A stretch of DNA of 64,000 bases, from contig JBIIQC010000001.1 in the NCBI GenBank assembly GCA_044342295.1, forward strand, positions 16,529 through 80,528. Direction: 5' to 3'. The notes beneath the pieces are model-generated. The model was given only the letters and a program-made list of their open reading frames with translations, searched no databases and was not told the DNA's origin. A program made the position numbers and the translations under genes. This document shows, one piece after another, positions 40,013 to 50,129 of the stretch (its first letter is position 1; each line of letters begins with the position of its first letter). The DNA comes from Rhodoluna sp. GTDB taxonomy: Bacteria; Actinomycetota; Actinomycetes; Actinomycetales; Microbacteriaceae.

Positions 40013-41610
40013 TAGAGCGGAATGTTTCCGTGCTTTTTAGGCGGCAGTGATGCTCGCTTGGTGCGCAAAGCTCTGAGCGCTTTGATGATTGAGATCCTGG
40101 TGGCTGCGGGTTCAATGACCCCATCTAGCTCGCCTCTCTCAGCAGCCAAAAATGGTGAAGCAACGTTATAGGTATATTCGGCAGCGAGCTCGGCACGAAC
40201 TTTCGCGATGTCCTTTCCAGCTTCTTCTGCTTCCTTGATCTTGTCGCGGAACAAAATGTTCACGGCTCCCTGACCACCCATAACCGCAATTTCAGCGCTT
40301 GGCCATGCCAGGTTGATATCGGCGCCAAGCTGCTTGGATCCCATGACGATGTATGCGCCACCGTAAGCCTTGCGGGTAATTACAGTAACCAGTGGAACGG
40401 TGGCTTCTGCGTAGGCATACAATAACTTTGCACCGCGCCTAATAACACCGGCCCATTCCTGATCGGTTCCAGGAAGATATCCTGGAACATCCACCAAAGT
40501 GACAATCGGAATAGAAAACGCATCACAGAAGCGAACAAATCTTGCAGCTTTTTCACCGGCGTCAATATTTAGTGTTCCCGCCATCGCTGATGGCTGGTTA
40601 GCAATTATTCCAACGCTTCTGCCATCTACTCTTGCAAAACCAATCAGGATGTTTGGGGCAAATAGTGGCTGGACTTCCAAAAAGTTTGCCTCGTCAACTA
40701 AGTGCTCTATTAGGGTGCGCATGTCATACGGCTGATTTGGTGAGTCAGGAATCAGCGTGTTTAGTTTCTTGTCAAACTCGGTAATTTCAAGCTCGGAGTT
40801 GGAGTCATAGACAACTGTTTCGCCTAAGTTGTTTTGGGGCAAAAAGCTAAGCATGTTGCGCGCGTAGTCGAGAGCATCATCCTCGTCATTGGCGAGGTAG
40901 TGCGCGACACCGGAAGTTTCGTTATGAGCCCTGGCACCACCTAGCTCCTCCATGCCAACTTCTTCACCGGTCACGGTCAAGATCACATCGGGGCCGGTGA
41001 CAAACATGTTTGAGGTCTTATCCACCATGATCACAAAGTCGGTCAACGCGGGGGAGTAAACAGCGCCTCCGGCGGCAGGGCCCATGATGATTGAAATCTG
41101 AGGGATGACCCCAGAAGCCATGGTGTTTTTTCTAAAGATCTCTCCGTACTTACCAAGAGCCACAACACCCTCTTGAATTCTGGCTCCACCAGAATCCAAA
41201 ATGCCAATGATTGGTACCCCTGTTGAAATAGCCAGATCCATAATCTTGATGATCTTGTTTCCAGCCGCCTCACCAAGCGATCCACCAAATACTGTGAAGT
41301 CCTGGGAGTAGACGGCAACTTGCCTGCCGTGAATGGTTCCAAATCCGGTCACAACTGAATCGCCGTAGGGGCGATTAACATCCATGCCAAAAGCGTTGGA
41401 GCGGTGGCGCACAAACTCGTCTACTTCAACAAAAGACCCTTTGTCTAAAAGAAGATCAATTCTTTCGCGAGCGGTCTTTTTGCCCTTGGCGTGCTGCTTC
41501 TTGACGGCAGCATCACCATTTGCGTGGACTGCTTCGTTGTAGCGGTGTCTTAGGTCTTCGATTTTGCCGGCAGTGGTGGAAAGGTCTGGTTCTAAACGCT
41601 TTTCAGTCAA
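40012..41610 (-). CDS. accD5: Acyl-CoA (propionyl-CoA) carboxylase beta subunit
   Basis: [51 protein letters not shown]. Confidence 0.92.
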   Translation of the reverse strand: MTEKRLEPDLSTTAGKIEDLRHRYNEAVHANGDAAVKKQHAKGKKTARERIDLLLDKGSFVEVDEFVRHRSNAFGMDVNRPYGDSVVTGFGTIHGRQVAVYSQDFTVFGGSLGEAAGNKIIKIMDLAISTGVPIIGILDSGGARIQEGVVALGKYGEIFRKNTMASGVIPQISIIMGPAAGGAVYSPALTDFVIMVDKTSNMFVTGPDVILTVTGEEVGMEELGGARAHNETSGVAHYLANDEDDALDYARNMLSFLPQNNLGETVVYDSNSELEITEFDKKLNTLIPDSPNQPYDMRTLIEHLVDEANFLEVQPLFAPNILIGFARVDGRSVGIIANQPSAMAGTLNIDAGEKAARFVRFCDAFSIPIVTLVDVPGYLPGTDQEWAGVIRRGAKLLYAYAEATVPLVTVITRKAYGGAYIVMGSKQLGADINLAWPSAEIAVMGGQGAVNILFRDKIKEAEEAGKDIAKVRAELAAEYTYNVASPFLAAERGELDGVIEPAATRISIIKALRALRTKRASLPPKKHGNIPL

Positions 41611-41748
41611 GGTCTCTCCATATGCTTTCTCGGCAGTATTCGACCAACTTTATAGGAGGTATATGTTGATGTTATTGCAGCTTTACGCAGAGATTATTTC
41701 CATATTGATTAGGATTCCTACAAACCAGCCCTAGCCTAGGCTTTACCC

Positions 41749-42528
41749 ATGGACTACCCCAAGACTTCTTTAGTCGCCAATGGCATTTTGGCGGTTCCAG
41801 AAACCGGATCTACCAACCAGGATCTTCTGGCTTTAGCAGACTCGAAGAACCATCCAGAGTTTTTTACCCTTTTAACGGAGTATCAAACTGCTGGCCGAGG
41901 CCGGCTAGATAGAAAGTGGCAGGCAGCCCCCGGCAGTTCAGTTATGGCTTCAGTTTTGCTTCGACCAAGCTTCAAAGACCCAGCAGGTATCGGTTGGCTT
42001 AGTTTGATGATGGCCGAGGCGATCAGAACCGCGCTCGCCGAATTGGGTATTGATTCCAAAATCAAGTGGCCAAACGATGTGTTGGTAAATGGTCTCAAAA
42101 TCAGCGGAGTCTTGGCGGAAGCTAACTCGGACCTATCTGCAGTGGTGGTTGGTTTTGGAATAAACGTGACTCAAACCACGAAAGAGCTACCAACTAGCTC
42201 CGCTACTTCTTTATTGATAGCTGGAGCAAGCTCTGTTAACCGCGATGAGCTACTGGCCCAAACCCTAAGGAGTTTTAAGGCCCTTTACCTCGAGCTTCTG
42301 GATGCTGGCGGTGACGCGGTAGCGAGCGGCTTGCGGGCAAGAATCATTGCATCATCGGCAACCATCGGAGAGCTTGTTGAGGTTTCATTTCCCGATGGTA
42401 CTTCCGTTGTCGGTGAGGCAGTGGCTATCGACGAGGGTGGCAGGTTACAAGTTTTGACTCCAAGCAAGACACTTTCGGTATCTGCTGGTGATGTCCTGCA
42501 CCTTCGAACCGCCAAGCGAGAAGATTAG
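41749..42528 (+). CDS. birA: Biotin--[acetyl-CoA carboxylase] ligase (no HTH)
   Basis: TGSTN, QTAGRGRLDR, KWPND, KISGVL, GINV, AGDV. Confidence 0.95.
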   Translation: MDYPKTSLVANGILAVPETGSTNQDLLALADSKNHPEFFTLLTEYQTAGRGRLDRKWQAAPGSSVMASVLLRPSFKDPAGIGWLSLMMAEAIRTALAELGIDSKIKWPNDVLVNGLKISGVLAEANSDLSAVVVGFGINVTQTTKELPTSSATSLLIAGASSVNRDELLAQTLRSFKALYLELLDAGGDAVASGLRARIIASSATIGELVEVSFPDGTSVVGEAVAIDEGGRLQVLTPSKTLSVSAGDVLHLRTAKRED

Positions 42529-42531
42529 ATA

Positions 42532-42975
42532 ATGAATCAAAATTCCGAAACCAAACTGGTTCGACTTCGCCCAAGGGCAGCAAATTTGTTTGTGCCGACA
42601 TTGGTATTGGCCGCCAGCTTGTTTTCGCTTATGTATTTTTCGGAACTACTCGCTCCTGATTTGTATCAAATAGTATTTTGGTCCGCCATAATCATCTCCG
42701 CTTTATTTTGGCTACTCCCGCTACTTAATTGGCTGGCTTCGTCGCTGGTTGTAACCGATCAGCGGGTAATCAATCGCTCGGGGCTGTTTGGCTTACGCAG
42801 GAAGGTACTTCACTTTTCAGAGCTTTCTTCGATTGCGCTGCAGCGGCCCAAGCCGCTTCGTGGCAAAGTGATCTCACTACTAAAAGTCGATGGCCAGGAG
42901 ATTACAATCAGCGGCTACTCTAGAACCAAGCTGCTAGCCGCAACCATCGAAGCCGAGGCAAGCAAAACCCTTTAG
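42532..42975 (+). CDS. Membrane protein with bacterial PH-like domain
   Basis: Two TM helices then VTDQRVINRSGL; usual position between birA and purK in actinobacteria. Confidence 0.7.
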   Translation: MNQNSETKLVRLRPRAANLFVPTLVLAASLFSLMYFSELLAPDLYQIVFWSAIIISALFWLLPLLNWLASSLVVTDQRVINRSGLFGLRRKVLHFSELSSIALQRPKPLRGKVISLLKVDGQEITISGYSRTKLLAATIEAEASKTL

Positions 42976-42991
42976 TTTAAGGATCACTTCG

Positions 42992-44131
42992 TTGACTAGC
43001 TACCGCGTTGGAGTAATTGGCGGTGGTCAACTTGCCCGGATGATGATTGCCCCCGCCAGCATCTTAGGTATTGAGCTCAAGGTTCTGGCCGAAACCGAAA
43101 ACTCTTCCGCCGCCGCCGCAGCCACACTCGTTGGAGACTTCACTGACCTTGAAACAGTTACCAATTTTGCCAAGACTGTTGATGTAATCACCTTTGATCA
43201 CGAACATGTACCACTTGCAATCTTGGAGCAGCTAGAAAAGCAGGGCATCTCAGTGCAACCTCCAGCTAAGGCCCTAGCTCATGCACAAAACAAGCTTGTG
43301 ATGCGCAGAGCGCTAGAAAAAATTGGCGCACCAAATCCAATATGGAAAGCCGTATCGAAAGCTTCGCAGCTGGATGAATTCATCAACGAGCATGGACCTG
43401 AAGTAATCTGCAAGACACCCATCGGTGGCTATGACGGTAAAGGTGTTCGAGTGGTGAGTTCTTCGGACCAAGTTTCAGACTGGCTACAAGAGCCCATGAT
43501 TTCTTCACTGGGTGGTCAGCTACTGGTTGAGCAAAAAGTTCAATTCAAAAGAGAACTTGCTCAGCTCAGTGCTAGAAATCCAAATGGGGATTTTGCGAGT
43601 TGGGTTGTTGTGGAAACAAGACAGAAAAACGGAGTTTGCTCCGAAGTGTTATCGCCCGCGCCAAACATCACCGCCGATCTTTCCGCAAAAGCAGTCCAGA
43701 TCTCCAAGTTGATTTCAGAGTCTCTTGGAGTCACCGGAAATTTGGCAGTTGAAATGTTTGAAACTGAAGCAGGAGGACTTCTTGTTAATGAACTAGCCAT
43801 GCGACCACACAATTCTGGTCACTTCACGATCGAAGGTTCAATCACTTCACAATTCGAACAACACCTGAGAGCTGTTTCGAATCTTCCTCTTGGCAAAACG
43901 GATTCAATAAAGAAAGTGGCGGTAATGGCAAATCTTCTTGGGGTCTCTGACTCAAAAGACTTTATGGATAACTACCCCCAAGTGATGTCTAATTTTCCTG
44001 AGATAAACATCCACTCCTACGGAAAAGCACCGCGACTGGGCAGAAAGCTAGGGCACATAACCGTAGTTGGTGACGACCTAGAGGCTTGCCTACAGACAGC
44101 CGAAGCTGCCAGGAACCAACTAAACAAGTAA
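42992..44131 (+). CDS. purK: N5-carboxyaminoimidazole ribonucleotide synthase
   Basis: [45 protein letters not shown]. Confidence 0.96.
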   Translation: MTSYRVGVIGGGQLARMMIAPASILGIELKVLAETENSSAAAAATLVGDFTDLETVTNFAKTVDVITFDHEHVPLAILEQLEKQGISVQPPAKALAHAQNKLVMRRALEKIGAPNPIWKAVSKASQLDEFINEHGPEVICKTPIGGYDGKGVRVVSSSDQVSDWLQEPMISSLGGQLLVEQKVQFKRELAQLSARNPNGDFASWVVVETRQKNGVCSEVLSPAPNITADLSAKAVQISKLISESLGVTGNLAVEMFETEAGGLLVNELAMRPHNSGHFTIEGSITSQFEQHLRAVSNLPLGKTDSIKKVAVMANLLGVSDSKDFMDNYPQVMSNFPEINIHSYGKAPRLGRKLGHITVVGDDLEACLQTAEAARNQLNK

Positions 44132-44165
44132 TATTTCATTATTCGATGAATCGAGAGGGTTTCCA

Positions 44166-44669
44166 ATTTCAAATCCACTAGTAGCAGTTGTGATGGGTTC
44201 CGATTCAGACTGGTCTGTCATGTCTGATGCCGCTCAGGCGTTAAAAGATTTTGGCATCGAATATGAAGTCGAAGTACTATCGGCTCACCGCACTCCAGAG
44301 CGAATGATTGAGTGGGGGAAAAATGCTGCTTCGCGAGGAATAAAAGTAATCATTGCTGGCGCCGGTGGCGCCGCACATCTTCCAGGAATGCTTGCATCTG
44401 TAACTACCCTTCCTGTGGTTGGTGTTCCGGTTCCACTTGGAAAACTTGACGGTATGGACTCTTTACTTTCTATAGTGCAAATGCCCGCTGGCATTCCAGT
44501 TGCAACTGTTTCTATTGGCGGAGCAAAAAATGCTGGAATACTTGCGGCGAGAATTTTGTCAACTGGAGATAAGAAATTGGAACAAAAGCTTGTTGACTAT
44601 GGAGTATCTCTTTCGGATCTTGTGGCAGAGAAAAATACTCAGCTGCAAAACCAAATCAAAAACGGCTAG
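44166..44669 (+). CDS. purE: N5-CAIR mutase; probable ATT start at 44166 (first canonical start 44190)
   Basis: (I)[37 protein letters not shown]. Confidence 0.95.
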   Translation: MSNPLVAVVMGSDSDWSVMSDAAQALKDFGIEYEVEVLSAHRTPERMIEWGKNAASRGIKVIIAGAGGAAHLPGMLASVTTLPVVGVPVPLGKLDGMDSLLSIVQMPAGIPVATVSIGGAKNAGILAARILSTGDKKLEQKLVDYGVSLSDLVAEKNTQLQNQIKNG

Positions 44670-44909
44670 AGCAAATTTAAGCACGCATCTTTTTTGTTTC
44701 GAATTTGGTCGATTTTTAGCTGGCAACTTCCTGAGAGTGTTTATTTTTTTATTGCATCGCCCGATATATCCTTCGTAACCAGCTAAATTCTGGGGATTTT
44801 TACCGAATCAAAAGCACAACTATTTTTTGCCAAATATGGCACCCCTTGCGTTTTGCGTTGCCATTTTAGAAAGTTCAACCTAGGCTTGAAGGTACGTGAG
44901 GAGTGCGTT

Positions 44910-45404
44910 ATGAAAAAAGCCTTTATTGTCGCGCTTGGCCTGGCTACAGCCCTAGTGCTGACTGGCTGCACCCTCTTTTACCCGAACTCCGGGAGCCCAG
45001 AGGACCTTATCGAGCCCTCTCTTTCAGCCAGTGAAGCTCCGGCTGAAGAAACCAACACCGAGCAATCCGCCTCGCCATCGCCCTCACCTTCTGTTTCTCC
45101 AACCATGGCAGTAGCACAATTGCAGATCCTCTACACAGACACTTCGGCTGGCGTATTGAACGTAGTTGCAGAGGTTATGAATTTTGCCGAGGATGGCGGA
45201 AGCTGCACTCTTAGTTACTACAAGGGAGCTACCGCGACAGCCGTTGGAACCGTCGATGCTGAGCGCAATGTTACAAGCACTCAGTGCTTTCCATTCAATG
45301 TAGATTTCTCGGCATTACCGAAGGGTGCTCTCGAGCTAACCGTTAAATACGAATCTGAAAATCACGTTGGTGAATCAGAAAAATTTGAGGTGACAATTCC
45401 CTAA
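44910..45404 (+). CDS. Hypothetical lipoprotein; start revised to ATG 44910
   Basis: SD GAGGAG, MKK + hydrophobic core + LTGC lipobox, S/P linker, two-Cys beta domain; TAATG overlap with the next gene. Confidence 0.75.
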   Translation: MKKAFIVALGLATALVLTGCTLFYPNSGSPEDLIEPSLSASEAPAEETNTEQSASPSPSPSVSPTMAVAQLQILYTDTSAGVLNVVAEVMNFAEDGGSCTLSYYKGATATAVGTVDAERNVTSTQCFPFNVDFSALPKGALELTVKYESENHVGESEKFEVTIP

Positions 45405-47500
45405 TGCCTAAGACAATTGGAAAATTCTGGTCAATGTTATTGATTGCCGCTATGTCGGCAGTTGGTGTTGTTGCGCTCGAGAGCAAAAACAATTCGGCAG
45501 AAGCTGCCAATGCCGCTTGGTTTAACCCAGGTCAGATTATTAGCGACAGCGCGTTTTATGCCCCGGGCACTATGTCTGCTGCCGACATTCAGAGATTCCT
45601 AAATGGAAAAGTTGCGGTTTGTAGAGCAGATCCAACAAGACCAGGTTGTTTGAAAGACTATCGACTAAGCACACCTGAAGTTGTGGGTGTAGCTGGACGT
45701 TGTGCATCGCTACCAGCAAAGACCAACATCAGCGCAGCTGAACTTATTTATGACGTTTCAATTGCCTGTGGAATTAGCCCAAAGGTTCTTCTTGTGAAGC
45801 TGCAAAAAGAGCAGGGCCTAGTAACTTCGACTAACCCAAGCCCGCGAGCATATGAATTCGCACTAGGAATGGATTGCCCAGACACTCCAACAGGCTGTAG
45901 CGCAGCATCAGCTGGATTCTTTTGGCAGCTATACAAAGGTGCTGGTCAACTAAATTGGTACAGCAACCCAGCTGGTTCATTTACCTGGCTAAGACCCGGC
46001 GCAACAATTAGCCGTCCTTACCAGGCAAATAACCCTGGTTGTGGAGCCCAGTCCTTCGTTCTAGAAAACAGAGCAACCGCAGCTTTGTACTACTACACCC
46101 CTTACGTTCCTAACCAAACCGCCTTGGGAAACCTTTACGGGGTGGGAGATGTTTGTAGCGCATACGGAAACCGAAACTTCTTCCGCGATTACACTGACTG
46201 GTTCGGATCCACCATTGGCGGTAGCTTCCTACTAAAGGGCGACGGTCCTGATGTATTCATGATTGTTGACGAGACTAAGTACCGAGTTCCGACTCCAGAA
46301 CTACTGACCTCTTTAGCACCGCTTGGACCACTTGCGACAGTGCCAAATGCCCACTTGGATCGTTTCACCACCATCGGCGACATGAGCGCTCTGGCTAGAA
46401 ACGCCGTTGACGGCAGTTACTTCTTTATCCACAACAGCTCACGACTTCCCTTTGCAAGCTGTGATGAAGTCGCAGCCTGGGGCTTGGACTGTGCAAGCGC
46501 AATAACAATGACGGGATCTCAAGTCAGCGCACTAGTTGCTGGCGAGGCGATGTCTGCACTGGTTGGAAGATTTGTTTTGGAAAATGGCAACCTTCGTGAT
46601 GTAGCGGCTACAGCAGCCCCGGCACCAGCGGCTCCGGCCCCAGAAGCAGCACCAGCAGCTCCGGCCCCAGCGCCGGCAGCACCTGCACCAGTCTCGACTT
46701 ACACAGTTGTCCGTGGTGACTCACTCAGTGGAATTGCATCACGTTTTGGGACCACTTCTAGAAACCTGATGAGTCTTAACGGAATCACAAACGCCAACTT
46801 GATTCGCGTTGGCCAGGTCATAAAGCTTTCGGCTGACGCAGCTCCTGCTGCACCCGCACCGGCGGCTCCGGCACCGGCAGCTCCGGCACCGGCAGCTCCG
46901 GCACCTACGGCTACCGCTGCGCCAACCACTTATACAGTCGTAGCTCGTGACACCCTGAGCGGTATCGCATCACGCTTTGGCACTACAACTAGAAACTTGA
47001 TGTCACTCAATGGAATCACTAACGCTAATCGCCTAAGAATTGGCCAGGTACTAACGATTGTTGGGGCCGCTGCTCCGGCAGCACCAGCACCTGCAGCCCC
47101 AGCACCTGCAGCCCCGGCACCGGCGACTCCAGCTCCAGCCGCACCGGCTCCAAACGCTAGCGGAACAACTAGCTACACCGTTGTGGCAAGGGACACCCTG
47201 AGCGGTATCGCATCACGCTTTGGCACTACCACTAGAAACTTGATGAGCCTGAACGCAATTACCAACGCAAACTCAATTCGAGTCGGGCAGATCATCACGG
47301 TTGCCGGAACCCCAACCGCTGCTGCTCCAGCAGCCCCAGCCTCCACGACAGCCCCAGCTACCACTTACACAGTTGTCGCTCGTGACACCCTAAGTGGCAT
47401 TGCCTCTCGCTTTGGCACCACGACCAGGAATCTAATGGCCCTCAACGGGATAACCAACGCCAACATGCTCAAGATTGGACAGGTTCTTAGGCTCGCCTAG
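45404..47500 (+). CDS. Secreted 4xLysM peptidoglycan-binding protein with a putative lysozyme-like N-terminal domain
   Basis: Signal peptide; FNPGQIISD, SPKVLLVKLQKEQGL, ALYYYTPY; four YTVV.RD(T/S)LS.IASRFG...NGITNAN..GQ repeats with PAPAA linkers. Confidence 0.85.
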   Translation: MPKTIGKFWSMLLIAAMSAVGVVALESKNNSAEAANAAWFNPGQIISDSAFYAPGTMSAADIQRFLNGKVAVCRADPTRPGCLKDYRLSTPEVVGVAGRCASLPAKTNISAAELIYDVSIACGISPKVLLVKLQKEQGLVTSTNPSPRAYEFALGMDCPDTPTGCSAASAGFFWQLYKGAGQLNWYSNPAGSFTWLRPGATISRPYQANNPGCGAQSFVLENRATAALYYYTPYVPNQTALGNLYGVGDVCSAYGNRNFFRDYTDWFGSTIGGSFLLKGDGPDVFMIVDETKYRVPTPELLTSLAPLGPLATVPNAHLDRFTTIGDMSALARNAVDGSYFFIHNSSRLPFASCDEVAAWGLDCASAITMTGSQVSALVAGEAMSALVGRFVLENGNLRDVAATAAPAPAAPAPEAAPAAPAPAPAAPAPVSTYTVVRGDSLSGIASRFGTTSRNLMSLNGITNANLIRVGQVIKLSADAAPAAPAPAAPAPAAPAPAAPAPTATAAPTTYTVVARDTLSGIASRFGTTTRNLMSLNGITNANRLRIGQVLTIVGAAAPAAPAPAAPAPAAPAPATPAPAAPAPNASGTTSYTVVARDTLSGIASRFGTTTRNLMSLNAITNANSIRVGQIITVAGTPTAAAPAAPASTTAPATTYTVVARDTLSGIASRFGTTTRNLMALNGITNANMLKIGQVLRLA
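46856..46905 (+). repeat. 15-bp tandem repeat (GCACCGGCAGCTCCG) encoding the APAAP linker
   Basis: gcaccggcggctccg gcaccggcagctccg gcaccggcagctccg gcacc. Confidence 0.85.
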
Positions 47501-47562
47501 AAACTTTTTTGGTCTGGTTTCATCCAGGCAGTACCTTGGCTTTATGGAACAGGACCTTATTG

Positions 47563-48687
47563 ATGCTTAGTCGAATTTCTGGTGTCACCAAAAACTATGA
47601 CTGGGGCTCCAAGGACTTAGTTCCTAATTTCTTCGGGCTAGAAAAACCAAGCCAACCCATTGCTGAAATCTGGTTTGGTACCCACCCGCTTGGCGAAAGC
47701 GAAACCATCGCGGACAGCAAATCTCTTTCAGAAATTCTTGGTAAGAAACTTAGCTTTCTTGTAAAAATTCTCTCGGCCGAGCGTGCTTTATCAATTCAGG
47801 TCCACCCAAACGCTCAGCAGGCCAAAGATGGCTTCCACTTCGAGCAAGCTCAGGGGATACCACTAGATGATCCAAAGAGAAACTACAAAGACTCTTCACA
47901 CAAACCCGAAGCGCTTATTGCCCTAACCCCATTCGAAGCCCTTTGTGGTTTTCGCCCCAAGACAGATCTAATTCAGGTCTTCAGTGCTTTTGGAAAATCC
48001 GAACCAGAGTTTGAGTTACTGGCCAAAAGCCTTAGCAAAGGCGATTCACTGGCGGAGATTTTCGAGTTACTAATTTCGAACACCGAGCTTGCTAAGCGTT
48101 TCACCAAATCTGTTGATTTCTCTCAACTAGATTCGCTTGCCAATAAATCCAGGGCACTTGTTGAAAGATTGCTAACTCAATTCCCCGATGACACCGGAGC
48201 GCTAGTTGCTTTGATGCTAAACGAGGTTTCTCTAGAGCCAGGCGAAGCAATTTACCTTCCGGCAGGAAACATCCACGCCTACCTATCGGGTCTTGGACTT
48301 GAGGTCATGGCCGCTTCGGACAATGTCTTGCGAAGCGGCTTAACTTCAAAGCACATTGATGTTGCCGAGGTTCTAAAGCTTGCCGATTTCAGCGAGCTGG
48401 CAGAGCCAAAGGTAAGACCCAAGAAACTTGCCGAAGGGTTGATTGAGTATCCGGTTGATTGTTTAGAGTTCCGGGTCTATCGCGCCGAGGTCTCGGGAAA
48501 GAACCTGCTGGCCGATCTGGACCTGCCAGCTAGCGCCATGGTGGTTTGCACCGCAGGTGAGGTTGCCGTTAGCACCAGCTTGGAAGAGCGCGAAGTGCTC
48601 ACTAAATCCGAGGTGGTTTTTGCCTCAGCTGCCAAGAAGCTCAGCCTTAGTGGCAGCGGAACAGCCTTTGTTATCTTGGGTGACTAG
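47563..48687 (+). CDS. manA: Mannose-6-phosphate isomerase, class I; start revised
   Basis: KNYDWGS, AEIWFGTHP, LSIQVHP, NYKDSSHKPE, HAYLSG, EVMAASDNVLR. Confidence 0.95.
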   Translation: MLSRISGVTKNYDWGSKDLVPNFFGLEKPSQPIAEIWFGTHPLGESETIADSKSLSEILGKKLSFLVKILSAERALSIQVHPNAQQAKDGFHFEQAQGIPLDDPKRNYKDSSHKPEALIALTPFEALCGFRPKTDLIQVFSAFGKSEPEFELLAKSLSKGDSLAEIFELLISNTELAKRFTKSVDFSQLDSLANKSRALVERLLTQFPDDTGALVALMLNEVSLEPGEAIYLPAGNIHAYLSGLGLEVMAASDNVLRSGLTSKHIDVAEVLKLADFSELAEPKVRPKKLAEGLIEYPVDCLEFRVYRAEVSGKNLLADLDLPASAMVVCTAGEVAVSTSLEEREVLTKSEVVFASAAKKLSLSGSGTAFVILGD

Positions 48688-49643
48688 CTAAGAGCCTTCC
48701 AGGCGCTTTCAACTATTTCAACTAACGAGTTCTTTGCTTTCCAACCCATGGTTGTTTCAATTCTTGACGAGTCAGCAATCAACCTTGCTGGGTCTCCCGC
48801 CCTTCTGGCGACAATGTCGTATTCGAAATCGATTCCAGTGGTTTTTTGAATCTGGTGGATAACCTCTAGGACGCTTGAGCCGGTGCCGGTTCCCACATTG
48901 AAGTTGTTGTAATCACGCTTTTCTTTCTCGAGATAGTCCAGCGCTTGAATGTGAGCCTGCGCTAGATCGAGAACGTGGACGTAGTCACGGATACAGCTAC
49001 CATCCGGGGTGTTGTAATCAGCACCATAAACTTTTGGCCTGTTGTTTTGGTTGATGGCCTCAAAGAAAATTGGAATCAAGTTCAGAACTTCAGTGTCAGC
49101 TAGGTCATCCCAGCCTGCACCTGCGACGTTGAAGTATCGAAGATTCACATGAGCAAGACCCCAAGAGGTTTCGGCGTTAGCGGCCATCCACTCGCCAATC
49201 AACTTTGTTTGACCGTAAGGGTTAATTGGCGATGCGGTTTCGTCTTCAGAAACCAAGTCAACGTCTGGAATACCATAGGCAGCTGCGCTGGATGAGAAAA
49301 CAAGTTTTTTTACCCCAGCACCTCTCATGGCTAGAAGCAGGTTTGCTTGGCCACCGAGGTTCTTATTGAAATATTCTTCTGGGTTTTCAACCGAGGCTCC
49401 AACCTGCTTGAGAGCAGCCAGATGGATCACGGAGTCGACCTTGTGTTTGGTCATTAGCTCTTCAAGAGTGACCACCGCGGAGGGTTCAGCCAGGTCAATT
49501 CGGTAGCTAATTAGGCCTGAAACCCTTGATTCTTTGCCTGTGGAGAGGTCATCGACCACTATTACCTCGGTGCCGGCCTCAGTTAGCAACCTGGCCACAT
49601 GGGACCCTATATAACCAGCACCGCCAGTAACTAGAACGCTCAT
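48684..49643 (-). CDS. galE: UDP-glucose 4-epimerase; start revised to ATG 49643
   Basis: VTGGAGYIGSH, FSSSAA, YGQTK, LRYFN, DGSCIRDYVHV, RRAGD. Confidence 0.94.
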   Translation of the reverse strand: MSVLVTGGAGYIGSHVARLLTEAGTEVIVVDDLSTGKESRVSGLISYRIDLAEPSAVVTLEELMTKHKVDSVIHLAALKQVGASVENPEEYFNKNLGGQANLLLAMRGAGVKKLVFSSSAAAYGIPDVDLVSEDETASPINPYGQTKLIGEWMAANAETSWGLAHVNLRYFNVAGAGWDDLADTEVLNLIPIFFEAINQNNRPKVYGADYNTPDGSCIRDYVHVLDLAQAHIQALDYLEKEKRDYNNFNVGTGTGSSVLEVIHQIQKTTGIDFEYDIVARRAGDPARLIADSSRIETTMGWKAKNSLVEIVESAWKALS

Positions 49644-49702
49644 GCTCCAAGGATACTTGCCCCGAATGGCCTTGACAGGCCAGTAAACCTGTGGAATTGA
49701 AC

Positions 49703-49737
49703 TTGACAAGAGGGCAATAACAGCGGTGTAATTACAC
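49703..49737 (+). promoter_or_regulatory. Housekeeping-sigma-type promoter of whiB with a palindrome over the -10
   Basis: TTGACA (49703-49708), 18 nt, TGTAAT (49727-49732); palindrome GTGTAATTACAC 49726-49737. Confidence 0.6.
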
Positions 49738-49796
49738 GGATGAAACTATTTGCCAGATTCCACCGCCTGGCAGCTTAAAGAACGGAACAGCACTAA

Positions 49797-50102
49797 ATGG
49801 AAAATCGCGGACAGGTTCCCGATAACTGGTTTATCGACCCTCTACTTCTAGGCGTCGCAGGTGCCTACACAGACTTTGAACAAGACCCACTTTCCTGGCA
49901 AGCAGATGCACTTTGTGCACAGACCGACCCGGAGGCATTCTTTCCTGAAAAGGGAGGCTCTACCAGAGACGCAAAAAGAATTTGCACCGGTTGCGATGTA
50001 AAGGCACAGTGCCTTGAGTACGCACTAGCTAACGACGAGCGATTTGGAATTTGGGGCGGACTTTCCGAAAGAGAAAGACGCAAACTCAAAAAGCGTGCCT
50101 AG
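49797..50102 (+). CDS. whiB: WhiB-family Fe-S transcriptional regulator (WhiB/WhiB2 division type)
   Basis: CAQTDPEAFFPEKGGSTR, CTGC, C, GIWGGLSERERR. Confidence 0.96.
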   Translation: MENRGQVPDNWFIDPLLLGVAGAYTDFEQDPLSWQADALCAQTDPEAFFPEKGGSTRDAKRICTGCDVKAQCLEYALANDERFGIWGGLSERERRKLKKRA

Positions 50103-50129
50103 TTCGCACATCGCGCTGAAAGTTATTTC

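Noticed and set aside
39761-40040. ORFs 39761-39949 and 39798-40040 (+)
   Set aside because: Antisense to accE, which has the epsilon-subunit signature
46600-47500. Repeats resembling a CRISPR array or mobile element
   Set aside because: They are in-frame LysM and Pro/Ala linker coding repeats with no unique spacers and no cas or transposase genes
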